From: Raillietiella orientalis
Taxonomy: Eukaryota
DNA: 64,000 bases
Direction: 5' to 3'
Assembly: GCA_036172245.1 (NCBI GenBank)
Contig: JAYWIR010000016.1
Coordinates: forward strand, 2,108,001 to 2,172,000
The notes beneath the pieces are model-generated. The model saw nothing but the letters and a program-made list of their open reading frames with translations. It did not search any database and was not told the origin of the DNA. Position numbers and translations under genes: made by a program. Numbering within the stretch: the stretch's first letter is position 1; every line of letters starts with the position of its first letter. Positions 30,573-45,000 of this stretch are shown here, in pieces.

Positions 30573-30783
30573 TCTGCATTTCAGTTACCTTTGACCGCCA
30601 GAAGCATTCTTGGGCTTTCAGTTGCCCTTCATGTTTGATGCACATATCTTCTATCTGGCAACAGTCAGAAAACAAATTAACAAGCACTTCACTGATAATA
30701 ACTGACATGGACTGTAGTATGGAACTCAAACAAAAATGTGCAAAAGAGAGCTACCAAAGATTGTGGAGTCTTTCCCCAGTGCT
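30573..30783 (-). repeat. Direct duplicate of the DZIP1-like exon/intron segment 28045-28254
   Basis: About 210 bp align without gaps in the same orientation, roughly 90% identical by eye (e.g. TTGACCGCCAGAAGCATTCTTGGGCTTTCAGTTGCCCTTCATG is in both). Confidence 0.95.
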
Positions 30784-32511
30784 GTGTCTGCCATGCGACT
30801 GTGCTTACTGGATTTAGGATCTCATACATGAGATGCATGCTTTTCTATTCAAATGTATCATAAAGAAAAAGTGATAATTATCCTTTATAAAAACGTGAAT
30901 CTATGTTTAGGGCTGTACGCATATAATGACTAAACATACTTCTCAATCCAATTCGTTGTGAATAGCGAGTAATGTGTCGTAATGAAGAAGCAAACTTCTG
31001 TGAGACTTTCATTAGATGACAGTCTGCAGACGATTAGAAGATTTGATTATCGCGATAATTAAAGATTATGCCTTTATATATAAAAACAGCTGCTCAATAT
31101 TAAAAACTGCCATGCTTTCCATCATCAAGTCTTAGGAGAAAAATGCTTTTGCTGTTCTTCGATATCTTTCTGTGTGCATTATTTTCGTCTCAATTTTGTG
31201 TTCGTAACTTTCACAATGAACTTCCCCTTAATTAAGGTGCACCTGTTGTAAATCGAGTCTTTTCAATTAGAGAATTTTCATGAATTCCTTATTAATAAAG
31301 AAACAACGAAATAGACCATCGGGCGCCAACTTCATGAAAACAAAATAAAGAAGCCCAATTATTTATGTCAACGGTTTAACCGGATGAACTAGTAAAGGAA
31401 AAGTAACTGATTAAAAGTTGAATCACTTATCTGGGGAAAACAACGGAATGGTGGATATTTTAAAAAAAAGACAACTTATCCTATTTGCCAAGATGGTCTT
31501 TGGTGATTAGATACGTTTAAAACCTAAACCACAAGAGAAATGCAATTCGGCAAATGTTCTGACAGGGTAATTTTATAAATAGATATGAGAACAGATAACT
31601 TAGTTGGATGTAATATCTAATATGCCAGCAACAGTAATTATAGTTATTTCACTATATGTATGCACGTCCTTTTCTCATCACTTAGTTAAACGACTGCCTA
31701 ATGTTATTTTAATTATTTCTGGCGTTCCATCATTTTTTTTTAAAATAATAGTATTACGAATGCTTGTACAATCCTTTATTAAATCAATGTTTTATGAAAT
31801 TGGAGAACCAATACCTACGACAGCTATTATTATCTAAATAAAACTCATACGGTTTTTGTAGTAACGATCACGTTAATTCGAACGTATTTTAAGGTACGTT
31901 TCGATATTCTTTTCTTTCAGATCTTTGAATCCCAATAAGCAATCAATTAAACTACAATGCGTGATAAGGTGAAGTAGCTTTGACTTTTCCCACTTGTAGT
32001 CTTTTAATAGTTTGCATCTTCATCGTAATGTCCTCATTGTACACCGACAGTAAAAGCTATCTGGCTTACGATTAGTTTTGTCTACAGAAAATTAATACAT
32101 AAGGTTACTCGAATTCTTTGTTCCACATTTGTTGTGTAAGGATTTGTGATTCACTTTAAATGAATGGTGTTTCGAGTGGTCATTTTGTGTGTGCCAAAAT
32201 TGTGTTGGCTGTAGAAAATGTGCTTAAGAAGGGAGGGAAGAGAGGAGAATGTCATTTAATAAAGGTTCCACATTTTTTTCTTAAAAAAAAAAAGAAAAGA
32301 AAAAAAGAAACAGAGTAGATGTATACATGCAAAAACTTTATTTGATCAATTAAACGAGTATCAGGTTTTTGTATTTAAGGATGGTTTTTTTTAAAAAAAA
32401 AATTTGATGTGAATATGCCATTTTTCTAAATTTTTATAATAATTTAGATGACTAATCATATTGTAGCTGATCGTTTTCATTGAAAATAAAGTAAAGTTTT
32501 AAACTTTCGAA

Positions 32512-35500
32512 ATGGAAGTACTATTTAAGAATATCTCCCTGATTTCCATTGAAGATGGGAAAGTTTCAACAAAACTTCAACTTCCAGTGAACTTAAAAGT
32601 GAACTGCTTTAAAAATATGCTAAATTTAAGATTTTTGACAGGTAACCTTTATTTTTAAATTTCAACAATAAAATTTAGGAACATGCATAACATCTTGAAT
32701 TTAAAAATGTATCATTTGGATTAGCAAAGTGAAATGTTCGGTGTGCTTATTTTACAATATGCAGTGTTAAGGTGAAAAAGGTTGATTTAAAGGATCCTCT
32801 CTTAAGATTTAGATGACAACAAACAGTGGGAATGTTCCGTGGATAATGATGTTGATGTAACCAAATGTGGACAGAAGTCCTTTCTAATAGGATACGAGTC
32901 AGAAAATTTGCTTCTATCATTTCCCACCATAGACAGTAAGTTGTAATTGCAGTTACTATGCTAACAAATATTAGAGACTGAGCTAATTTGAAACCCATCG
33001 AGTTAATGTTTTTAAATACAGGAATCAGAGAAAGTCTTGTAAAGTTAAATTCAAGGTTGACTTTGCTAAAGATAATTTGAAAGCCATATTTCTCTTTTTA
33101 AAAGTTTCAGAATTTAACTGTGATTTAGTGAATACTTGTAATCACCTTGAAAAATAATGGGCTGCGTGCTTTATTTAAAAAAGTTTGTGTCAAGTTCTGA
33201 AAGTATACCTCAAGTATGTTTTAGTTTAGACTTTTGCTTTCTATAGCATTTCATTATTAAGATAGTTGGAGTGGATATAGTTGGTTGGATTCGATATCAC
33301 TGAGATGTATTTAAGAAATATTTCAACGAATATTGTTTTGTTTCAGTGCAATCTTCGCATCTTCATGTTCTGTAAATATGTTATCTGTAAATTAAAGATG
33401 TTTTCTTTTATTAAGCATTTTAAGCTCAAGTGTATTGGAATTTATTCTTTCCTTGCTTCCTGAATGCCTAGCAACTTCGAGAGTACAAAATTTAAATTTC
33501 TTTGTAAAGGATGCGAGGTTATCCATAGTGTTTGTGTTGTTTAGTTTTTGTTAACGATTCTATGTTTGTTGTGTTTTTAAGGATTTTTGAAATTCAATTT
33601 GAAGTAGAAATTTTAGTTATATTGTCTTTAATACCCTGGCAAATGTGTGTACTTTGATTTCTTATTATTATTTGTACTTTTTGTTTGGTAACTTTGAAAG
33701 CATTTGAAACTAGGACTATGATGAAATTTCATGAAATGCAAGTTTGCATTTACATTTCTGTTCGTATCCTCGATGATTTTTAACCCAGTGAACTGTGAGA
33801 AATCAATAAATCGATTCTAATTATTAATATTTTGAATTTCAAAACATTACAACTTGAAATAATTTGTATTCCTGTAGTTGTGATCTTGATTATTCCAATA
33901 CTAGGTGTGAAACGATGAATGTCTAAAGAGAGCATTATAAACTAGCAAAATAATTCATTACTTATGTAAATTAGTTCATTAATTTGAAGTGTTTGCGAAT
34001 CATGAATTTTTATGTAGTTACCATGTGAAAGTTCAATGAATGGTTGTATTGAACTGTCTGGAAAACATCGGGATGGTATTTGAGGTTATTTTTGCAGCAC
34101 ATTTTTATTTCATTATTTATGAATATGAAATCTCCGAGAAGATTCTGAGTAATATTTATTTGGTTCAGACACAAGAAATGTAGAGAATGCAAATTCTTTA
34201 GTGATGTAGTGATCATTATGCCCCACTTTCATAATGAGTAATAGCACTTATGTGTTTTATGTGTAAAATTCATATATGGAGTCTCGATATGATGGTTTTT
34301 TCATCATGAATGTACTTTTGATGAGGACTTCTGTACTGTAATTGTTGCTTTAGTAACAATTATAGTGCAGAAGTGTGCTTTCGTAAGTTCTGGAATCATT
34401 GCTGCTGACAAATTCATAAAAGTTCAGATTACATTGCAACTAACATACCAAACCTTTAAAGAGCAGTTCCCTATTGCATTACAAGAATTGCTAAGTATTA
34501 TGCATATTTATGAAATGCTCCAAAAATGTGTCAATGGGGATTGGCAGGGGAAATCTTAGGAGCATGTTGTTTCATGCCTGGTGGACACTGCATGATAACG
34601 AAATTAAAGGCATGCATCCAAGCTGATGTGTTATCTGGGCTGCACATATACTTTTTTTCCTAATTTTTTCATCATATTTATTACATTATAGTTTGTTCTT
34701 TGGAAGTAAAAGAATTCTTTAATGAGCTGATAATCTAATCAAGGAGTATGAAAGTGTGAAAATATTTGATAATAGTGATGAATGTTTTTTAGAAAGTCAT
34801 TCCGATTGTTTCATAACAGATCATTGAAAAATGTGTAATTCTATTATAATGCAGCCATCATGCACCATTAGCATTCTGTTTCGTGAGCTATTAATTATGT
34901 AACACTGTTATGCGCTTTAGTGAGCAAAGCAATGCAGTATTTCGAATTTTTCAGTAGTTGCTAAAAACAATAAAAAACTAGCAGCAAGGAGGAAGCACTG
35001 CATCATTCGTGTTTTTTACTAGAAGGGTTGTGAACTTTTAGGATATTCACCTCTCTCAAAATGATTAATTAACTTGTATTCTCTGAGCAGGTTTATATTG
35101 ATCTGCATCAGAAAACACAGATTTTCAGTATGTAAGTCTATAACATTTTCGGCAAGATACAATTTTATGAATAAAAGAATTTTTATGAATTGGTTTTCTC
35201 TATAGTGTGCAGGTGGGTGGGTGTTCTTTTGCATTTTACTTTCCATATAAATGCAGCTAGTAAATGAAGAGATGCAGCAGGCTCACAAATACATTGAAAA
35301 CCTTGGTACTGAGTTGGACAAAAACTTTGAATTCTGAATTGATAAATGTGGATGGTTTGTTGATACAGTACACTGATAAGAGAGAAGATACAAATTCAAT
35401 TTTGTTCCACTGTCATGTAGCCCCCTTAGTTTTAAAGTTCATAAAACAAACGAAGTTTCTCTTCCAAGTGGTACAGGTTAACTTAGAATATAGAATAAGG

Positions 35501-37525
35501 ATCCTTTTGCTAATGTGTTTTGTATTGATCATTAAAAAAAATTGCTTCTTTGTTAAAGATTTGTGTTGTTGAATGAAAAATACAAAATTGAATGATCCTG
35601 TCATTTCCAGCTGCTGACCATTTTGACCGATTAGTAAAAACTTTCAAATCTGATAGTGAGGTTTCTGTGTTTAGTGAGAGGACTGAGGAAGCATCTGCTG
35701 TTCAATATTTTCAGGTACGACAGGTCTTGAACTGCTGAGAAATCATTACAGCTTTCACAGCTAATTGTTGTCTTTCATTAACTGCAGTTCTACGGTTACC
35801 TGTCACAGCAACAAAATATGATGCAGGATTACATTCGCACCAGCACCTATCAGCGAGCCATTCTAGCTAATATATCCGACTTTAAAGATCGTGTTGTGTT
35901 GGATGTAGGTGCTGGTTCTGGAATTCTCTCCTTTTTTGCCATCCAGGCTGGAGCTAAGAAAGTGTATGCTGTGGAAGCTAGTTCAATGGCTGCTCATGCA
36001 GAGGTAAATCAACAGCACCCATGATGTAAAAATGAAACTTAACTTCACACAAGACTCTTGTCAGATCAAATAACTTACAAGACAGAATAGTTGTTTTGGC
36101 AGGAAAAATTGAAGAAATCCAGCTTCCAGAGTTTGTTGACACAATCATCTCAGAGCCCATGGGTTACATGCTCTTTAATGAGCGCATGTTGGAAACATAT
36201 TTGCATGCAAAAAAATTTCTAAAGCCTGGAGGTAATGAAACCTGGAAAGAAGTGATTTCATTGTAATCCCTAGGGAAGATGTTTCCCAGCAGAGGTGACT
36301 TGCATGTTGCTCCCTTTACAGATGAAGTTTTGTACATGGAACAGTTTAACAAAGCAAACTTTTGGTATGCAAATTGGAAGTTTCTTGCATTTGTTTATGT
36401 ATTTATTCAGGTATCAGCAGTGCTTCCACGGTCTTGATCTTAGTAGTTTGCGGAGTTCAGCAATGGAAGAATATTTCCGTCAGCCTGTAGTAGATACATT
36501 TGATATTCGTATTTGCATGGCAAAATCAATTCGTCATGTTGTTGACTTTCACACTGCTTCAGAAACGGATTTACATTTAATTGGTAGATGCAGCATAGTA
36601 TACTTATTATTTTATTTTTGTGTTCAGTCATCCCTGTGGAATTTCATATGCTACAATCAGGAACAGTGCACGGTTTGGCATTTTGGTTTGATGTAGCATT
36701 CTTAGGCTCAATGCAAACTGTATGGCTATCAACTGCGCCCACAGAGCCACTGACCCACTGGTACCAAGTTCGGTGTCTTTTGGAATGTCCATTGTTTGTA
36801 AAAGCAGGACAAATGTTGACGGGAAAAGTCTCTCTTGTTGCCAATAAACGGTAAATAGATTAGCAGATTTTCAACGAATCTTCTTTTACAGCCAGAGTTA
36901 TGACGTTTCCATTGAGCTATCCATTGAAGGCACTGGCTTTCAGTCTGTCAATACACTTGATTTGAAAAACCCATACTTTCGATACACAGGACAGCCTCCC
37001 CAGCCTCCTCCAGGATGCAATTCTAGTTCTCCAAGTGAAGGGATTTGGCATCAGTTGGATGAACAGGGAGCCAGACAAGGTAAATATATCACACAGATAT
37101 CATTAACTATTTCTGATATAGCTGTCAATCTGGTAAATGGAATTCATGTGAATGGATTGGGAGACATTGCCATGGACACTGGCTCTGGAAATAATTTATT
37201 AACTTCACTTAATCGATCTTCAGTACAGCTACCTCCTCATCTGCTTGAGTTCTCCCCATCTTCGGCTGCTAGCATTCATCCAGGCTCTATTCCAGCTCTT
37301 GGGCCAAAACAGGCATTGTGTCCCAGTTCATCACCATGCTGCTCAATCTCCTCTCCCACCTCACAGTTAATAGGTGGTGCTCTGTCACCTACTTTGATTC
37401 AGTCATCTGCACAACAAGTTGTACTTGGCAATACTTCACATTATCCTGTTAATAACAATCTCATGATTGGAGATTATGTGACCTCAGGAGTTATGCATGC
37501 TTTGCCTGCAGCATACCGGTCTTGA
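32512..37525 (+). CDS. CARM1: Histone-arginine methyltransferase CARM1/PRMT4, 9 coding exons
   Basis: Exons 32512-32641, 32813-32935, 35611-35714, 35788-36003, 36054-36231, 36274-36364, 36411-36583, 36628-36850 and 36892-37525 (probably split by a 42-nt intron at 37080-37121). Motifs: [53 protein letters not shown] loop [24 protein letters not shown]. Confidence 0.97.
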
Positions 37526-40500
37526 AAATCATTATGTGCATTCAGAGAACAAGGTACTTAAGAAAGACTTCTGACAGCAACAATCATCCATAGTTATTTT
37601 ATGCTATTAGTAAAATTGACAGACTGAATGCTTATCTTGTGATCCCATAATTGGATTTACATGTGATTTTAGGAAGTCTAAATTCACAGTTTGTTTTATC
37701 AAAGTTCTGTTGTGCTCTTGTAAATTAATGGCTTTCCTGTGATACCAATGATTGATCATATTGGGTAATTATGCAGATACATTGTCATGTATGTTGTAAC
37801 ATATGTTTCTTCTAATTAAATTTTCGAATTCATTGTATGAATCAAAGATCACAAGTTACATTTACCATGAGTGTGTTTTTGCGAAATTTATTTTCAGATT
37901 TTTAAGATATTTTACAAAAAATAAAATGAAAATCGAGGAACTCTATTATGTAATGTAGGTAGTAGCGTGGTGAAAGTTTCATTGTTTTTTTTCGCAATGA
38001 TATCCTGTTTTGCTGTTCATTATTTTGTATAATTGATAGTTGCATTTTGTGATTTTCAAATTAACTGGCTACATATAGCTGTATATGGACATTAATTCAT
38101 TTCGGAAGCATGTTTGAATATTCATCGTGACCTCAGTAGTATGCCTGGTTAACACCCAACAGCAAACTTGTGTATTATGCATCAAATTTTTTTTGATTTT
38201 GCATCAATTCTAGAAGCTGGTTTCTCTTTGATAGAAAGTTATTTAACTTTCATAGTAGTTATTATTGCTGCTTATCTTCCCATTTTTTTCTGATTACGCA
38301 TGTGCCCCATGTGCTCTGTACAAATAATTGTCGTGTTCATATATTTATTGCTTCTGGACCATATTCCATATGCACTAAATAAAGATTTTCATTTGTTGAG
38401 TTCACCATCATTTTTTCCCCCGTTCCTTGTTTGGTGTCATTCTTCAGTCATCCTTTTCCAAAGCTCAGGATTCCGGTTTTAAATTGTAATGCATTTTAGA
38501 AGAAGGGGACTGACATGTAGTGCCTAGAGGAATAGGAGATAACGTGTTTTCAATGAATTTTATTTAATTGGTACTGATTGTGTTAGTCTCATATTGCCGT
38601 ACGGTGTACTGTTTCACAGCGGGGAATCCGACCAGAAGATGTGTCAGCTGCTTCAAATATCGGCCCCATTATGGGTCGCGCTTTTCGACCTCGTGACCGG
38701 TCCTGGTGTGCAACTGCGTGTCCCTCCTCCTCGCTTTCGCAGGTAAATGGTAATGGCCTTGAGAAATGTGTGACCTCATGCACGGGTATGCGAAACCACG
38801 TATCATGGTCAAGTCCGTTCGCACAGTTTATGAGAATGGAAAAATTTCAGTGACTGGCAGTTTCTTAATTCATAGGGAACCATATCTGTAGGATGCTCCT
38901 CAAAGAATTCGTAAAATGCCGGATAATCACATGGATGGAAGACGATGAAGTGTGTTGATAGTGAAAGTAACTGGAATTGGCGATGCATGCATCGGTGGCT
39001 GAATAGAAGAATTCGACTTTTCTTCCTTGTTCCTACTTGTTCTGTTTATGTGCATGGATGTCGCGAAAACAATCCTAATGAGGAAACAGGCCTTCACTTT
39101 GCTTCAGGAAATTTTCGTCTTCGACACCTAATTGCGTATCGGAAGCTTACATTCGTACCTATATGTTACACTGCCTCTCAAAGGAACAGTTTTCTTCTGC
39201 TTCCTCCTGTATCACAAAAAAAAGTATCATAAAGTAGTTTTATCCTTTCAGCCGTCGTCATCACTGCATTTAAAAGGAAAAAGGAAAAAAAATCACAAAA
39301 TCATCTAAGAATGGAGTCCACACAGAAAGCGGTCAAAGCACGCGGGAGCATGGGCTAGCGGAAGGTTCAGGATTTTGCTCTACCATCTTGATTGATTCTG
39401 CGCAGTTTCCTTGGAGCGCTGACCCCCCCTTCGGTTACTCCGTGTGGTCACCTGGTCCATCGGGAGTCACTGACTTTTTCAGGAGCCCGTTTTTGCAACG
39501 AAAGGTTTGCGATCTCTGGAGCGAACACGTTCTGTCGCAAAATCTGTCCCGTTAAAAGCCAACGTTCAGATGAATGTCGACTCTTTAACTTTCCCGATTC
39601 ATCATCGGATCTCTCGATTCCCGAGTAAATACGTGTTTTATAGGAGCACGGAGTTGAATTACTATTTCATTGCTGTGAAGTGTGTTTGACTTCTGTTTCA
39701 CTCTTCAGGCGTGCAAATGTAATCATGGAAGCTTGAACTACAGAATCATCCAAGTTTGAAATCAGGGAGTGGTTCACGATTTAACTTTTTATCCACCAAG
39801 TAATGGTACGAAAGTTTTTGTTTCCCTTCCCTTACATTTTTCCCTTGAAAACGTCTTCTAGGTGCATTTAAAGAAAAAGTGTTTTTTCCTTTTTCCAATC
39901 ACTACCGATAAATGATATTCCAATCAGCAGCACACAGCAATTTCCGAAATCTTGCAGACTTCCAAATAAGATGCTGTTGCATTTGTTGAAAACTGTCTTT
40001 CTGTTTTTCGGCTTTCATTTCTACGAAAGCCAACTTGCACTCGACGGCATTGGAAAAGTACTTTCGAAAACGCCATTTCACGGCGACCGCGCACTCATTT
40101 TGATTCCCTCTTTAGCCATTTAATGGAACTTCGAATTTATGCTCCGCTGGAAATGTATTCCTGTAGTGGGAACCTTTGATCCTAATAGCGTCTCGCAGGT
40201 ATCGTCGGAAACTACAATCAATGGAAAAGGATTCGGAAACAAAAAAAAAATTGCTGCTGAAATGATTTCGTGATTGCGGTGCCTGTAGATCATTATGAGT
40301 CCGAGGTGGGAAAAATGTCTTTCAAGCCATTCTTTCGCACTGTGAACAGTTGCAACAGCTACAAATGTTTCAACTCGAATGTTTCCAACTTTCACGACGT
40401 GTAGTTGACTGATGCAAATTCCATAGGACATGCTATTTTATTTTCCATAAATCTCATGAAGTTGGTTTTTTTTTCTTTTCTTTTTTACCAATGAATGACT

Positions 40501-42031
40501 ATTCTTTTGACAATGCGAAAGACTGCAACTTAAGGCTGCCCCGAACAAATCAGTTTTGAACGTATTCGGAAAGTTTTGAACTTCCAAACGTGATGATGAT
40601 ACACTGTATGAAAGTGCACTTATGGTGTTCCAAGTGTAACTCTATGCGCTGTAGAAACCACAACTGGTATGAAAAAAATCTTGCATTAAGCGTTGCAGTG
40701 TTGAGTGGGCTTACCCCCTCTGCATCAGCTTTGAATTCCCGTTGATCGTGTAAACGTCCGAGATTTCACTCCGAAAATGCACGATCAAAAGTAGCTGCAA
40801 TAAGCTTTGTTTATTTATTCTTATTACACAGCCCCATCGCATGTAACGAAGGTCGATATGACTTCGATGTAAACATCTGAGGCATCATTTTACGTATGTC
40901 GGTGTGCTCGTCTAATCAGGCGATAAACTATAGCCATAATATGGCAAGGGTCTTGGAAAAATGTTTCATTCAGTTCCTCCCCCTCCCCCCTATCTTTGTT
41001 TTTTGTCAATTTTTGCCCTTTCACGTTAACAAGTCGAATGCCCAGAGTAGCTCTCCCCACATCCCCTTCGTTGTGTTTGTTTAATTAAGTCTGGAATCCG
41101 GATCGAATGCAGAAATGTGGTGCGAACATTCAAACGGTAGTGATGGGCAAACGACAACTTGATGCTATGACATCTTTTTAATGAAGCATAGTTCTGATGC
41201 GTTTTTTTCAAGTATACTCCTTTAAGACCAAGGAAGATGTTCTCAATTCTACACTGGTCCTACATGGTACTCAATAGTAGTACTTAAAGTAGCGTTCTCC
41301 TGCAAGCACTGATATAACGAATGAATCTCAAATCCAGGAGTAAGTTTTGGAAAAACGTATCACGTAATTAGAGCACACAGTTATGCATAATGCACACAGA
41401 ATCTACCCAGATTTTCACAGGACTACACCTAGGAATCATTGTATTGCTTATAATACACAATGCACATCAAAATTCTGGAGTAAGTACTTTGATCTGTGCA
41501 GTAACGTTTTCATGCTTAAAGTGGGATCATACGATTAATGATCATGCGCATTCATGAAGCTTGATTCAATTCATACTCATTTGGTGCAACCTAGATGAAC
41601 AATCACTACTCGCTTTCTCCAAATTTTTTTTATACAACTTGCTCACTACCTTATATCGGACTCGCATAGTTATTCTGTTGCCTGCTGAAACAACTCTGTT
41701 CCGTTTTCGCACTTGCTATCACCATGACATAGGTATGATCTCCAATACCAACAACTGTGATCATCAAAAAATTAAGGATGGACAAAAGTGGGAAAATCTA
41801 GACTATGTACATATGTGTGTGTGAACTCAATAGGAAAAACATAATTTAAATGCAAAATGTGTTCCTGCATAGTAAAAAAAAAAAAAAAAGATATTTTTTA
41901 ATATGAAAAGAATCCACAAATATTATGCAATGATAATAATATAACAAAGATATAATCAGATAATAATATAATCACTATACATATAGTAAAATAAATTTAG
42001 AATATCGAGTGGAAAAGTATTTCGAAAACTT

Positions 42032-45000
42032 CTAATCAAAACTGATCAATTCTGCAGTATGCTGCGATTCCATTTGAGACCCAGGGTCGACAATGGGCTG
42101 CTGTTCTGGTGAAGGCTGAACATTTAGATTATTACAACCGTAAACAGTAGAATGCATGGTAGTTGGAAGGACTGCTCGCATGTCTGTTCAAACTAAAATG
42201 GTTAAATGTCCCTAAAACAAAGTACTAACCTTGAAAATTGAAAGAATGATTTGGTTGAAAACCAGAATGTAAAGGATTCGGATTAGATGCCAAAACTTGC
42301 AAAAATGCAGCTGGAACAGTGGTTGAAACAGGCACAGATGGAGCAATTTGATTGGGAAATGAAGGATGAGGGCCTGTGTAATGCATGGTAGTTGGTCCTG
42401 CGACATACTGCTGTTTGTTTTGCTCTTGGCGAAGTTGCATTTCATGCTCATGCTCTCTCATCCTTATTATTGCCACCTGGCTTTGATACTGTGCCCAATC
42501 AATTGTTAGCAAGCATGTCCGTATTTTATAAATACCTCCAAATACTCTTGCTTTTTTTTCCTCATGACTTCCAACTTTTGGGCCATTTGCAACTGACGCT
42601 TCCTAAATGCATCTTCTGCCTCTTGTTTCAGTTTTTCCCTGTGCTCTTCTCTCAGTGCTTCAAGAGCAGCTCTGGCATCACGAATCTGATTCAATTTATC
42701 CTGTAATCTCTCAAAATACACTGAAACACAATGTCTCGAAGTTTCAGGAAAGGTACTTTACTTCTGTTGTCATCCTGCTTTTGCATATGCTGAATCAAGG
42801 TTGAGTGCATGGTTGTAATGTTCATAAACAGGGTTTGTACAGCACTATCACAAGCAATATTGCGACCATGACTAGAATTCGATTTGATACGATTAACAAA
42901 GATTTCCAACTGGCTATGAAGGGCTTGCATGAACTGCTCCATTTCATACGTTTCTCCATTTTGATATTTCTACAAGAGCAAAACAACAAAGATTAAATAA
43001 CGGAACCCTGGCCTATAATTACAAAAGGGTCATGAGCTGCAGCAGGGGTTACTGCTTGTTCAGTGGCAGGAACATGGAGCTGAGTTGGTGCAGTGGGCTT
43101 TCTAATGGCATCACTTTCCACGACGGGTGCCTGTTTGGCTTCCCAGTACGACCTGTTCAGATATCGGGCTAACTCCAAATCAGTTTCCTCCTTCTCCATA
43201 ATTGGCTTTTTGTTCACCTTTTAAAACATCGCTTTAATTTGCTTTCATTTCTCATGAGCGAAAAATTAAGTCTAATGTATCTTAACGTGTTGGGAAATGA
43301 AGCTGAAATATGTTAACGAAACATTGCAATGTGGCGGCCAAAATTCCGATACATTTTGTTCGCGCTGAGAACAAATGTATCGGAATGCACCAAACATTAA
43401 ATGCAACTGATTTGTGCAAATGGCATGGCACTGAGGGAAAGGGCAAACAAAGGGTGAGGAAACGTTTGGGCTCAACTCGCAGACGATCACTGCGTTGAGT
43501 GCTCATTCACATATCTCCGATATATCGCATATGTTCCAATGTAATGTAAATAATACATCGTAACCGCAATTTCCACAACACATAAGTGCAGAACTTGATA
43601 CCAACTGCAACTTGGCATCCGATCGGGCATGCACTACTATTCTATTGCATTTGAAACGAAAGGAGTCATCACCTGGTCATTAACAAACGTAAGATGATGC
43701 CAGTTTTACAGCTCATCCATGATCCGCCGCTCATTTCGTTACAAAGAGCATCACCAATTCTCCGGGAGTACCTGAAGTGCGTTTCACACAATCGCACATC
43801 CCTTCATCGGAGATGAATATCGCACGTACGAACTTGCCAGGGAAATTGTTTTATTTTTTTCCCCCAAAACAAAACGAAACGAAACAGCAACGCCGGAAAT
43901 CTAAAACTGCAGCATATGAGACGTGATAAACCTCAAAAGATGCCTGGGAGGATTCCACTCGAGCTGCACACAACTGCCTCCCCACACACTTCCTGCTTGC
44001 GGTTATTTCACGCACATTCGCACGGCATTACGTGTTATTATGGGGGGGGGGGGGAGAGAGGTGCTGCTGACTCGGCGGACAACGTACAATCGTACCATTC
44101 AGCTATACACACAGTCAGCCAACCATTCGCTGCTGTTGACGTGACGTACGTACCTCAACGGAACACATTCTCCGGCCAGCCTTTCCGAAGCGTGTTTTTT
44201 TCGGAGGAGGAGAGTCGGCATCCTTGCGCTCCCCTCCCCCCCCTCCCGATTTCAACACAAACGGAGAGGGCACGAAGATGCACGGCCCGACCTCCGTGAC
44301 CACGTAATTAACACCGAACCGACGACCGGGACACGCTCTCTCCAGCGGGGGCGCGACACCAAGAAGAGTAAACACCGAGGGAACCGGAAACCTTTTGGCT
44401 GCGATAAAAAAAAAAAAAAAAAAAAAGGAAAACTCCAAATTAAAAACAATCTGCCAGAATGTAGGACTGCGTTTTCACTCCGCACAAAATGCCTCTCAAA
44501 GAAGAAAACCAACGAGTTGTCCTCCTGATCCCCGGGGAACGGTTCCCTCGCGAGGGACGCCGACGAGTACCGACCGAGTTCTTCTCGTCCACCTGCCCGC
44601 GTCCCAATACCGTTTCACGAGTACCGTAAACGAAAAAATGGTACGCAATACTTTCCGACGACTGGCAGGGATTTCATCCTCCTGCCCCCCGCCGGGGACT
44701 GTTCGGGGGAGCGCGGCCACGGTGGCCGAGACCACCGCGGGGCTGCTCCGGAACCACGGAACAGCTGATAAGGCGTGCGGGGTGCACCCCCGCACGACAC
44801 GCCGAACGGAGGGACACGCGACGACCCCGAACACTGTGCGGGGCGAGGCAGCCGAGTCGTACACGCACACTCAATTCCGAATGGCTGCTTGCACGGGGGA
44901 GAGAAATTCCTTCCGACCTCGAAGGGAACACTGCGTTGTCGGAGGAATTGGGATGCACTTCTTCGATTCCGGGAAAGGCACGTATCCCCTTGAAACTTCC

